A stretch of DNA of 64,000 bases, taken from NCBI GenBank assembly GCA_045628165.1, contig JAZQPB010000228.1, forward strand, positions 368 to 64,367, in the 5' to 3' direction. The notes under the pieces were generated by a model. The model was not told the origin of the DNA, did not search any database, and saw only the letters and a list, made by a program, of their open reading frames with translations. Position 1 is the first letter of the stretch. Every line of letters begins with the position of its first letter. The DNA is from Bacteroidales bacterium. Lineage in GTDB: Bacteria > Bacteroidota > Bacteroidia > Bacteroidales > UBA3824. Positions 43,894 through 52,975 of the stretch are shown one piece after another. A program made the translations under genes and the position numbers.

Positions 43894-44526
43894 CTACAAC
43901 CTGTCCTTCTCGATTTTGTAATTGCGTATAGTGGCTATCAGCAGCTCCCTCGATCTGTAGAGACGCGCCTTAACGGTGCCGATAGGAATATTGAGCTCCT
44001 CGGAAATCTCGGTGTACGACTTCTCCTCAAAATATCTCTTGATGGTGATATCGCGGTAGTCGGCATGCAGCTGCTGAACAATCTGCCACATCAGCTGCTG
44101 TTTCTGCTCGCGGATCATGGATTCCTCGGGATCATCGCTCAGCTCCATCAGCTGAGGCACCTGGGCAATGGAGTTGTTGTCCTCGGGCTCCGGCTCCTTG
44201 TCGATGGATACCGTGCGCTGCCTGTTGCACCGTATAAAATCTATGGCGCCGTTGGTGGCAATGCGGAACAGCCAGGTACTGAATGCGTTGGTAGGTTTGT
44301 AATACCTGATATTACGGAAAGCCTTGCCGAAAGCCTCCATCGTGAGGTCCTCGGCATCATGCTGGTTTTTCACCATGCGGCTTATGGTAAAGAACACAGA
44401 TTCCCTATAGCGTTTCAAAAGCGTGGCAAAAGCCTTCTGGTCGCCTTTCTGCGCAGCCTCCACAAGCACAAGGTCCGATTTGGCCTTGTCGGAAAACAGA
44501 GAAGTTGAACTTGAATCTATTTCCAT
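43894..44526 (-). CDS. ECF-type RNA polymerase sigma-70 factor
   Basis: 210 aa. Region 2 (DAEDLTMEAFGKAF...FSTWLFRIATN) and region 4 (SYTEISEELNIPIGTVKARLYRSR). Confidence 0.88.
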   Translation of the reverse strand: MEIDSSSTSLFSDKAKSDLVLVEAAQKGDQKAFATLLKRYRESVFFTISRMVKNQHDAEDLTMEAFGKAFRNIRYYKPTNAFSTWLFRIATNGAIDFIRCNRQRTVSIDKEPEPEDNNSIAQVPQLMELSDDPEESMIREQKQQLMWQIVQQLHADYRDITIKRYFEEKSYTEISEELNIPIGTVKARLYRSRELLIATIRNYKIEKDRL

Positions 44527-45665
44527 TTTAGACGCTCCTTTCTATGGTTGCCCAGTATCATCTGTATCAGATTGATATAAGGCAGAATAATATCAAACAA
44601 CAGTGCCCATCCGGCCACTTTCCTCAGATTAAACTTCTTGCACATGTGATGCATCGTAAACTGGAACAACGCAAACCTGGTGGCGAAGAGCGCGCCCGCA
44701 ATCACATACAGCGGGGCAAAAAACGACAGAGCCACACACGCCAGATAGAAATATGTGCGGAACAGAGGCTCGCATCCAAGCAGAATCTTGTGACTTGTCC
44801 TGTACCGCTCCGACGCTGTAAAATGTCTCTGTTTCTGAGTGTTCCACTGATAGAAAGTCTCCTTGGGCACACATGTGGTAAACGAATCGGGATGATACGA
44901 AACCACCACCTTGTGGCCCTTGGCATTCTCATTCACAAACAGGTCGTCGTCTCCCGACATCAGCTGGCTGTGCGATGCAAAACCCCGGCCGCTCATGAAC
45001 AGCGACTTGCGGTAAGCCAGATTCCGGCCCACGCCCATATAAGGCATTCCGGCCTCGCAGTAAGTGTAATACTGCAGCGCCACAAAACCCGCATCGTATC
45101 TTATCAGCTTATTAACAAAAGTGTTGCGCTCCTCGTATCCGCCGTATCCGAGCACAATGTCGTTGCCCTCGGTAAAATGCTGGCTCATCTGACGGATCCA
45201 GTCCTTGGAAGCCGGTATGCAGTCGGCGTCGGTCAGCAGAAGCCATTCGTTCTTGGCGGCCTTGATGCCGATGGTGAGAGCCAGTTTCTTGCCCCGGCGG
45301 AAAATCTTGTCGTGCGATATCTCGGTCACATACAGATTCTTGTATTTCTGCTTGTACTCATCCAAAACCATCTCGGTATCGTCGGTGCTCTGGTCGTTCA
45401 CCACCACCACCTCAAAATCGGGATAGTCCTGCTCAAGCACATACTTGAGCCTCTCGCGGAGATTTTCCTCCTCGTTTTTGGCGCAGATAATCACCGATAC
45501 CGGCACCGGACTGTTGTACGGAACCTGCTTGGGCTTGCGCGCCACACGCGAGAATACAAATATATAATAAAGCATCTGAATCAGCCAACTCAATAATAAT
45601 GAGCCAACTAACCAAAACTTCCAGTCGTATATATTACTGAATACTTCTAAAATATTATTCCACAT
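44517..45665 (-). CDS. Family 2 glycosyltransferase, membrane-bound
   Basis: VSVIICAKNEEENL...VVVVNDQSTDDT...LTDADC motifs plus C-terminal TM helices. Start placed at MWNNILE. The ORF-track extension to 45878 overlaps the tgt promoter. Confidence 0.8.
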   Translation of the reverse strand: MWNNILEVFSNIYDWKFWLVGSLLLSWLIQMLYYIFVFSRVARKPKQVPYNSPVPVSVIICAKNEEENLRERLKYVLEQDYPDFEVVVVNDQSTDDTEMVLDEYKQKYKNLYVTEISHDKIFRRGKKLALTIGIKAAKNEWLLLTDADCIPASKDWIRQMSQHFTEGNDIVLGYGGYEERNTFVNKLIRYDAGFVALQYYTYCEAGMPYMGVGRNLAYRKSLFMSGRGFASHSQLMSGDDDLFVNENAKGHKVVVSYHPDSFTTCVPKETFYQWNTQKQRHFTASERYRTSHKILLGCEPLFRTYFYLACVALSFFAPLYVIAGALFATRFALFQFTMHHMCKKFNLRKVAGWALLFDIILPYINLIQMILGNHRKERLKWK

Positions 45666-45688
45666 ATTTTTATTAATACAATCTCTTG

Positions 45689-45696
45689 CAAAAATA
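45689..45696 (-). promoter_or_regulatory. -7 box TATTTTTG for the GT2 / sigma / rsmG-side operon
   Basis: The plus strand reads caaaaata, ~24 nt upstream of the ATG at 45665. Confidence 0.4.
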
Positions 45697-45763
45697 CAAC
45701 GAATTTTTGAAAAATAAAAAATAATTTCTTCAATAAAATCAACAGAATTAATTTTTTTAAGAT

Positions 45764-45771
45764 TAACTTTG
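45764..45771 (+). promoter_or_regulatory. -7 box TAACTTTG for tgt
   Basis: taactttg lies ~39 nt upstream of the ATG at 45810. Confidence 0.45.
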
Positions 45772-45809
45772 CACAGCCTAAAGTGTGGGCACAACATTAC
45801 AACACAATT

Positions 45810-46940
45810 ATGAAATTCGATATCAAGCATACAGACCCAAGAACCAACGCGCGAGCCGGAGTAATCACCACCGACCACGGCGAAATCCAGACACCTATAT
45901 TCATGCCTGTGGGCACAGTAGGCTCAGTAAAGGGAGTGCATCAGCGCGAGCTCCGCGACGACATAGACGCCAAGATAATACTCGGCAACACATACCACCT
46001 CTATCTGCGCCCGGGAATGGACATCCTGCATCAGGCCGGCGGACTCCACAAGTTTATCGGCTGGGACAGGGCCATACTCACCGACAGCGGCGGATTCCAG
46101 GTTTTCTCATTAGCTGCTAATCGCAAAATCACCGACAAAGGCGTCACCTTCCGCTCCCACATCGACGGCAGCAAGCACCTCTTCACACCCGAGAGCGTGG
46201 TGGATACCGAACGCCTGATAGGCAGCGACATCATGATGGCTCTCGACGAGTGCACACCATACCCATGCACATACGAATACGCATCCAAGTCGCTCGACAT
46301 CACCCACAAGTGGCTGGCCCGCGGAGTCAAGCACTTCAGGGAGACCGAGCCTCTCTACGGATACAGCCAGGCATATTTCCCGATAGTGCAGGGCAGCGTA
46401 TACAAGGACCTCAGGAAAAAATCCGCCGAGTTCATAGCATCGCAGGGCATGGACGGCAACGCCATAGGCGGACTCTCGGTAGGCGAGCCTGCCGAGATGA
46501 TGTACGAGATGATAGAGACCGTAAACGAGATACTTCCCTGGGACAAGCCAAGATACCTGATGGGCGTGGGCACACCGGCCAACATCATTGAGGGCGTGGC
46601 AAGAGGCATCGACATGTTTGACTGCGTGATGCCAACCCGAAACGGCCGAAACGGAATGATATTCACATCCGAGGGCACCATCAACCTGAAAAACGAGAAG
46701 TGGAAAAACGACTTCAGCGAGCTCGACCCCAACGGCACATCCTACGTGGACCACTGCTACACCAAGGCATACATGCGTCATCTCGTGGTATCGGGCGAGA
46801 GACTGGCCGCTCAGATAGCCAGCATCCACAACTTGGCATTCTATCTGGCCCTCGTGCGCGAGATACGTCAGCGCATCATCGACGGCACCTTCGCCGACTG
46901 GAAAGACGACGCCTGCAAGAGGATGATGAGAAGGCTGTAA
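45810..46940 (+). CDS. tgt: Queuine tRNA-ribosyltransferase (tRNA-guanine transglycosylase)
   Basis: MKFDIKHTDPRTNARAGVITTDHGEIQTPIFMPVGT, LTDSGGFQV, GLSVGEP and DCVMPTRNGRNG. Confidence 0.93.
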   Translation: MKFDIKHTDPRTNARAGVITTDHGEIQTPIFMPVGTVGSVKGVHQRELRDDIDAKIILGNTYHLYLRPGMDILHQAGGLHKFIGWDRAILTDSGGFQVFSLAANRKITDKGVTFRSHIDGSKHLFTPESVVDTERLIGSDIMMALDECTPYPCTYEYASKSLDITHKWLARGVKHFRETEPLYGYSQAYFPIVQGSVYKDLRKKSAEFIASQGMDGNAIGGLSVGEPAEMMYEMIETVNEILPWDKPRYLMGVGTPANIIEGVARGIDMFDCVMPTRNGRNGMIFTSEGTINLKNEKWKNDFSELDPNGTSYVDHCYTKAYMRHLVVSGERLAAQIASIHNLAFYLALVREIRQRIIDGTFADWKDDACKRMMRRL

Positions 46941-46942
46941 TT

Positions 46943-47084
46943 TAGTAGTTAGTAATTAGTAGATAGTAGTTAGTGCTTTTCTATTGGAGTGCAATAGGTA
47001 TTAAGCTCATACTACATCTACCAACTCCACCAAACATCAATCCATGAACTAACTACTAACTACTATCTACTAACTACTATCTAC
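46943..47084. repeat. TAGTAGTTAGT-word long imperfect palindrome between tgt and lptF/G
   Basis: The left arm tagtagttagtaattagtagatagtagttagtg (46943-46975) faces the right arm actaactactaactactatctactaactactatctac (47048-47084). Central small hairpin ctattg-gagtg-caatag. Confidence 0.7.
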
Positions 47085-47091
47085 AAAAAAA

Positions 47092-48171
47092 ATGTTCACC
47101 ATATTAGACAGATACATAATAAAGAAATTCCTCGGCACATTCTTCTACTCGCTTGTGCTGCTGATTTCCATTATCATAGTATTCGACATACAGGAAAAGT
47201 TCGACGACTTCATCGAGAAGAAGGCCCCGCTCAACGAGATCGTCTTCGATTACTACGTAAACTTTGCGCCGTACTATGCCAATATGTTCATGTTTCTGTT
47301 CATATTCATATCAGTAATATTCTTCACGAGCAAGCTGGCCGGCAACAGCGAGATTATAGCCATACTGAGCGCGGGCATCAGCTTCAGGCGAATGCTTGTG
47401 CCGTATTTCGAGGCCGCCACACTCCTGGCCGCACTCTCGTTTGTGCTGAGCGCATACATAATACCCCCGGCCACGGAAATCAGGCTCAAGTTCGAGAACA
47501 CGTACATAAAAAAGGCGTACGTGAACAACTCCATAAACATCCACCGGCAGGTAGACGATTCCACCATCATCTACATGCACAACTACGTAACGATGTCGAA
47601 CTCAGGCAACCGTTTCAGCTGGGAAAAATACCATGGCAAGGAGCTTAAGGAGAAACTCATGAGCGATGTAATAACATGGGATTCCACCCTCAACAAGTGG
47701 CGCATCACCAACTATTATATCCGCTACATGACCCCAAACGGCGACTCGGTAGTAACCGGACGCAGCATGGACACCACACTCGCCATATTGCCCACCGACT
47801 TCAACCAGAGGCTCAACCAGATAGAAACCCTCAACAGCGACGAGCTCAACGAATACATAGAAGAGCAGAAACGCCGAGGCAGCGGCAACATCGAGGCATT
47901 CCTCGTGGAAAGCTACAAGCGCATAGCATTCCCGTTCGCCTGCTTCATACTCACCCTCATAGGAGTAACCCTCTCGTGCAAGAAAGTGCGCGGAGGCATC
48001 GGCATCAACCTCGGAGTAGGCCTCGGCCTCAGCTTCAGCTACATACTCTTCATGCAGATATTCACGCAGTTTGCCATAGGAAGCTCTCTGCCGCCTCTGC
48101 TCGCAGTATGGATACCCAACATCATCTACACCATCATCGGCATATTCCTTTACATAAAGGCGCCCAAATAA
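47092..48171 (+). CDS. LptF/LptG-family LPS export permease
   Basis: 359 aa. MFTILDRYIIKKFLGTFFYSL opening and 6-TM YjgP/YjgQ topology. Confidence 0.85.
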   Translation: MFTILDRYIIKKFLGTFFYSLVLLISIIIVFDIQEKFDDFIEKKAPLNEIVFDYYVNFAPYYANMFMFLFIFISVIFFTSKLAGNSEIIAILSAGISFRRMLVPYFEAATLLAALSFVLSAYIIPPATEIRLKFENTYIKKAYVNNSINIHRQVDDSTIIYMHNYVTMSNSGNRFSWEKYHGKELKEKLMSDVITWDSTLNKWRITNYYIRYMTPNGDSVVTGRSMDTTLAILPTDFNQRLNQIETLNSDELNEYIEEQKRRGSGNIEAFLVESYKRIAFPFACFILTLIGVTLSCKKVRGGIGINLGVGLGLSFSYILFMQIFTQFAIGSSLPPLLAVWIPNIIYTIIGIFLYIKAPK

Positions 48172-48183
48172 ACCAACACACCA

Positions 48184-49293
48184 ATGGATATCAACCACGA
48201 GGATGCAGTATACAATGTAGCCATCACCATGCTGCCGGGACTTGGCGGCGTGGGGGTGCGCGGCCTCGTGCACTCGGCAGGCTCGGCCAGGGCGGTATTC
48301 GAGAATGCAGAGGAGCTGGCAGCTAATGGCGTGATATCCTCCAGAACCGCCGACTCGGTGAAAAACAGCACTGCGCTCCACATGGCCCAAAACCAGCTGG
48401 AAATCTGCGCCCGCCACAATATCAGCATCCACTACTTCGAGGACCTCACCTATCCGCGCAAACTGGCCGCCAGCGATACAGCCCCTGCCCTGCTCTACTC
48501 GCTGGGCAAGGTAAACTACGACGCCTGCCACACAGTAGGCATAGTGGGCACAAGATCCTGCGACGGCGACGGCAAAAACAACATCTTCGCACTGGTGGAG
48601 CAGCTGAAAGCCGACAACATCAACGTAATCATCATCAGCGGACTGGCCTCAGGCGCCGACACATACGCCCATCAGGCCGCCCTCAAATACGAAGTACCCA
48701 CAGTAGGAGTTCTCGGCCACGGGCTCAACATGGTATACCCGGCCGAAAACCGCAAACTGGCCGGCGACATCGTGCACTCGGGCGGCGCGCTAATCACGGA
48801 ATACTACTACGGACAACCCGTCAGCAAGACCAACTTCCCACGCAGAAACCGCATAATAGCCGGCCTCTGCGACGCCATAGTAGTGGCACAGAGCAAATCG
48901 AGCGGAGGCGCCCTGATAACAGCCAACGTGGCGCAGGAACTCCGCAAAGAAATCTTCGCATTTCCCGGACGAATAAGCGACAAGCTCTATGCAGGATGCA
49001 ATCAGCTGATAGCCAACAACAAGGCCACCTTGATAACATCCGGCGCCGACCTCACCAAACACATGGGCTGGAGCTCAAGACTCAAGCCGTTTCAGACAGA
49101 AATGAGCCTGGATCCGCTCAGCGAAAACGAAGTCAGGATCATGGACACTCTCCACGCCAATGGACTGGTGAACATCGACACACTATCCATAAAAACCGGA
49201 ATACCGATTCCCCAGCTATCGTCAATACTTCTCGATATGGAATTCAAGGACCTGGTAACAGGATTACCGGGAAAAAGATACGAGGCAAGATAA
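48184..49293 (+). CDS. dprA: DNA-processing protein DprA
   Basis: 369 aa. GIVGTRSCD, SGLASGADTYAHQAAL, GHGLNMVYPAEN and FPRRNRIIAGL. Confidence 0.9.
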   Translation: MDINHEDAVYNVAITMLPGLGGVGVRGLVHSAGSARAVFENAEELAANGVISSRTADSVKNSTALHMAQNQLEICARHNISIHYFEDLTYPRKLAASDTAPALLYSLGKVNYDACHTVGIVGTRSCDGDGKNNIFALVEQLKADNINVIIISGLASGADTYAHQAALKYEVPTVGVLGHGLNMVYPAENRKLAGDIVHSGGALITEYYYGQPVSKTNFPRRNRIIAGLCDAIVVAQSKSSGGALITANVAQELRKEIFAFPGRISDKLYAGCNQLIANNKATLITSGADLTKHMGWSSRLKPFQTEMSLDPLSENEVRIMDTLHANGLVNIDTLSIKTGIPIPQLSSILLDMEFKDLVTGLPGKRYEAR

Positions 49294-49299
49294 AGACAC

Positions 49300-49339
49300 A
49301 AAAAAAACGGTACGGAAAATTTTCCGCACCGTTTTTTTT
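49300..49339. terminator. Bidirectional Rho-independent terminator between convergent dprA and the SusE/F-like gene
   Basis: cggtacggaaa (49308-49318) pairs with tttccgcaccg (49321-49331), flanked by an A-run and a T-run. Confidence 0.75.
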
Positions 49340-49359
49340 ATATCAGATAGCATCAATCA

Positions 49360-51384
49360 TTACTTAACCACAGCATCCCATGTGCCGTTGGCGAAATCGG
49401 CGGTGATAATGTATGTGCCGCCTGCTGGATCAATCCACTGGCTGTAGCTGTCGCCAAAGGCTCTTGGCTCAGATGCTATCAGAACCGAGCGGTTGATAGG
49501 ATCGCTCTGACTCTTCCATGCGTCGTCGCAGCCGTAGACAATCTGATTGCCATCCTGCTCCACCACAAAGTAGAAGTTCCAATCGGCAGGGCTAAACTCG
49601 CCCACGTAAACGCCGTCCTGAAGTGTGAGTGTAACATTGAGGTCGTTGCCGGACTTGTCGAAAAGCTTTACCTCGGCAAACGATACAGGAGTAGCCGACC
49701 AAACGCCGTTCAATGCGTCGAAGGTCACGATATATGAGCCTGCGGCAAATGTGGTACCGTCGGCACCCTCAAACCAGAAGTTGTCGGCATTATCGTAGGC
49801 GAAGCCGTCCTTCTTCCAGCCGTCAGAACCCCAAGGAGTATCGTTTGCGTCCTTTATCATGAAATTGTAATAATCAGACTTGGTGGTTACCGAGCCCTGA
49901 TAGATACCGGTAGGATTGCCGTTGGCATCGAGCTTTGCTGGGAATGTGGCCACAATGATAGAGTTGTCGTCCTTGTCGAGCATAGAGAGCGATGATGAGA
50001 GGAGCGCAGCTGATATGCTTTCAGCTGAAACATCCGCTCTGATGGCGTATGTACCGGCCTTAGGGGCATCAGCTGAAAGGTATTCCTTGCCGTCGTCGCC
50101 CTTCAGGATGATTTTTCCGGCAGCTGATACGGTTATCAGACCCTTGCATTTGCCAGTGGCGGCGCCTTCCTGCAAATCTACCGTGAGATCTGCCTCATCG
50201 GAACCACACACGGCCTTCATGCCCTTTGGGAATACAGGAGCTGACGACGATTCGATTGTGTATGTGAGCTTCTCGGGATTGTTGAGGTCGATTACGATCT
50301 TGTAGCTGCCGGCCTTGCCGAGAGTGAACGCAGCATCGGTACCTATCTCGAGAGTGCCGTCAGCCTTGGCACCCAGCTTGAAAGTGCCTGGTGTTGGTGA
50401 GCCATCGCCGCCGCTCTTGGTGTAAATGTTCGACTCGCCGCTTACAGTGAACTTGGCATCGTCCTTGGCGCTCTCCACAAATGCCACAAACTGAGTCTTG
50501 GCGGCATTGAAAGAGAATTCAGCTGAAACGTCGCCATAGGCCTTCAGGCTCTGGATGTGCTCGTAAGTTACGGTGATGTCCTCGGCCTTCTTGGTATCCA
50601 CGGTTACGTATGTGCATCCGCTGGCTCCGAAAGTCCAGAAGTTGATGTTGTTGCCTCCGGCTGTAATCTCCTCATACTGAGAAGTTGTGTAGAACGCGCC
50701 GGTAGAGTATGCCCAGTTTACGGTCTCGTTGCCCACGTAGCGGAACTGACCATCGCGGCCATTCCAGTGAGCCCAGTCGCTGGCAAACGGCAGGAATCCC
50801 TTGTAAATCATGTCTTCGCCGGCCGAGAAGAGTGTGTCGGTGGTCTTGGAATCCACAAGGTTGATGAGCAGGTAATGCATATCGATGTAGATTGGGTTCA
50901 CATTTACAGAAACGATGTTGCTGTAAGTGCCCTCAATAACCGAAGTCTCGTTGAACTTGTGATTGACTCTCAGATACATAGTATTCATCTTGCCGGCATC
51001 GAGACCGAGATTCTTGGCTATGATGCTGAGATCGAGTTTCGAGAGCGTGATGGAATTGCCATCGGCGCTTATCTCCATGGTGTGTGCGGAGCTGAAGGCC
51101 TGGTCAGCTGATGCCTCAAGCAGGTAGAGACCCTTGCCCATGTTGTGGGCAGCCGATGGATCGCCGTTCAATACCAGGGCGCCGTCGGTGGTGTAGGTCA
51201 GGATTATGCCTGCCTGGTCGAGGTTGTTCTCGTTGCAGATGATGTCGTTGCCCTGGCTCGAAATCTCGGAGGCCGATGGATAACCCACCTGAAACATTTC
51301 CTTGTCGTCGTCGCAGGCTGTAAGAGTAAGGCCAGCTGATAGCGCCAACGCCATAGCGGCTGTGTATATCTTTGACTTGTTCAT
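49360..51384 (-). CDS. SusE/SusF-like surface glycan-binding lipoprotein
   Basis: 674 aa. Lipobox LSAGLTLTACDDD. Beta-rich repetitive Ig/CBM-like sequence. Position immediately downstream of susD. Confidence 0.65.
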   Translation of the reverse strand: MNKSKIYTAAMALALSAGLTLTACDDDKEMFQVGYPSASEISSQGNDIICNENNLDQAGIILTYTTDGALVLNGDPSAAHNMGKGLYLLEASADQAFSSAHTMEISADGNSITLSKLDLSIIAKNLGLDAGKMNTMYLRVNHKFNETSVIEGTYSNIVSVNVNPIYIDMHYLLINLVDSKTTDTLFSAGEDMIYKGFLPFASDWAHWNGRDGQFRYVGNETVNWAYSTGAFYTTSQYEEITAGGNNINFWTFGASGCTYVTVDTKKAEDITVTYEHIQSLKAYGDVSAEFSFNAAKTQFVAFVESAKDDAKFTVSGESNIYTKSGGDGSPTPGTFKLGAKADGTLEIGTDAAFTLGKAGSYKIVIDLNNPEKLTYTIESSSAPVFPKGMKAVCGSDEADLTVDLQEGAATGKCKGLITVSAAGKIILKGDDGKEYLSADAPKAGTYAIRADVSAESISAALLSSSLSMLDKDDNSIIVATFPAKLDANGNPTGIYQGSVTTKSDYYNFMIKDANDTPWGSDGWKKDGFAYDNADNFWFEGADGTTFAAGSYIVTFDALNGVWSATPVSFAEVKLFDKSGNDLNVTLTLQDGVYVGEFSPADWNFYFVVEQDGNQIVYGCDDAWKSQSDPINRSVLIASEPRAFGDSYSQWIDPAGGTYIITADFANGTWDAVVK

Positions 51385-51416
51385 TTTTGCAATCGTTTAA
51401 TGATTAGGAAATTATA

Positions 51417-52940
51417 TTAGTAGCCCTCGTTCTGGGTGAGGTTTGCGTTGGCGGAGAGCTCGTGGGCCGGTATAGGGAACACATTGCGGAAGGCCTCAAA
51501 ATTCTTGCCATCAGCTGCACCGCCCTTAAACTCCCAGTTGTAATTGACATCGCCGCCGTATTTGTTGAAACGTACGAGGTCGGTGCGGCGGAGCATCTCG
51601 AAAGCCAGCTCGCGAGCGCGCTCATCAAGGATGAAATCCTCGTCCACGCTCTCCACGGCCAACGCTCCCGCTCTCTGGCGGATCTCGTTTATGAGCTTGA
51701 CGGCCTCGGCGGAATTTCCGTTGCGGAACTGAGCCTCGGCCTCGTTGAGAATCACCTCGGCGTAGCGGATTACAGGAAGATCGGTGGCGCAGCCGTTGTC
51801 GGTGTTGCCCTCAAAATATACAGGCTTGCCGTCGTCGGTAAGGTTGGTGAACTTCAGGCTGATATAGCCCTGATCCTTGTCGTCCTCGGTGGTCACGTAC
51901 TGAGCCTGGCCGTCGGTGTAGAAGAAAGTATTGCGGATATCGCCGGTCTCATTGAAGAGAGCCGAGAAGTGGCCGTTTACACGCATGTTGCTCCAGCCGG
52001 AAGAGATGCCGAGCTGGTCGTTGTTCTCGCCGCCGTTTTTGCCGAAACCGCAGATGAGGTTGGTGGCTCCGGCCCATGATCGGGCGTTCTCGGCGTCGGA
52101 TGCCAGGGCAAAGATTATCTCCTTGCCGGGGCCCGCATAGTTGTGGTTATCAGCTCCAAAAATATTGTGGTATGTGGCTGTGGGTTCCAGCTGATAGCCA
52201 AGAGATTTTACCTTCTGTGCAGCTGATATGCACTTTTCGTAATCATTGCTGCCGTTGTAGACCTCTGAGTTGAGGTAGATTCTGGAAAGCAGAGCGTATG
52301 CCGCGCCCTGGCTTGCACGTGGATAAGCCACTGTGGCCGACATCTCCGGCGCTATGGCCTCGAGCTCGGAAGTGATGTATGTGTAGAGTTCCTTGCGCGA
52401 TGCGGTTGGGATGTTGGTCTCGCCGATGGCGACGGTCTCGGTGGGCAGCACGCCCTTGCCGTAGATATCCATGATGTAATAGAGCGAGAGAGCTCTCAGA
52501 AAACGGGCCTCGAGGGCTATCTGCCTGATGGCGGGATCATCTTTGCCGGCCGCGTTTTTCAGGAGGTCGTTGCACGAGGTAACCACCACGTAGCATCTGT
52601 ACCAGACGTACTCGCACCATACATCCGATGCGTTCCAGGTGTTGTATGTGAGAGGTCCCAGCTGGTCGCCGGAGAGCCATGTGTAGGCTATGGCGTCGGT
52701 GGTGCCTTCCTGGAGATTGAAGATGGAGCGGATAAGTGGCTCGTTCTTGCCTGACATGTTGAGGTTGGCCACATTGTATGAGTACGATGCGTAGCAGGCC
52801 GCCATCACCGACTCGAAACCCTGCACCGACGAGTAAACCTTGTCGGAAGAGTCGTCGATGGTGGGATACTGGTCGAGGCCGTCGCAGGAGGCCATGGTGA
52901 GTGTAAGGCCCAACGCTGCTATATATAATGATTTTTTCAT
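51417..52940 (-). CDS. RagB/SusD-family nutrient-binding outer membrane lipoprotein
   Basis: 507 aa. Lipobox LTLTMASCD. RFLRALSLYYIMDIYG and PVIRYAEVILNEAEA SusD signatures. Confidence 0.9.
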   Translation of the reverse strand: MKKSLYIAALGLTLTMASCDGLDQYPTIDDSSDKVYSSVQGFESVMAACYASYSYNVANLNMSGKNEPLIRSIFNLQEGTTDAIAYTWLSGDQLGPLTYNTWNASDVWCEYVWYRCYVVVTSCNDLLKNAAGKDDPAIRQIALEARFLRALSLYYIMDIYGKGVLPTETVAIGETNIPTASRKELYTYITSELEAIAPEMSATVAYPRASQGAAYALLSRIYLNSEVYNGSNDYEKCISAAQKVKSLGYQLEPTATYHNIFGADNHNYAGPGKEIIFALASDAENARSWAGATNLICGFGKNGGENNDQLGISSGWSNMRVNGHFSALFNETGDIRNTFFYTDGQAQYVTTEDDKDQGYISLKFTNLTDDGKPVYFEGNTDNGCATDLPVIRYAEVILNEAEAQFRNGNSAEAVKLINEIRQRAGALAVESVDEDFILDERARELAFEMLRRTDLVRFNKYGGDVNYNWEFKGGAADGKNFEAFRNVFPIPAHELSANANLTQNEGY

Positions 52941-52975
52941 TTTTGTATCAGTTTTTTATAATTGATATTTACGCA

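Noticed and set aside
45666-45878. N-terminal extension of the GT2 ORF, and the extension of the tgt ORF (45783..45809)
   Set aside because: The extensions cross the divergent promoter region (boxes at 45689 and 45764). Conserved protein N-termini begin at MWNNILE and MKFDIKH.
47602-48531. 309-aa antisense ORF spanning the lptF/G-dprA junction
   Set aside because: It crosses two well-supported genes on the opposite strand, and its composition is the mirror of their codon bias (Val/Gly/Ala/Glu-rich).
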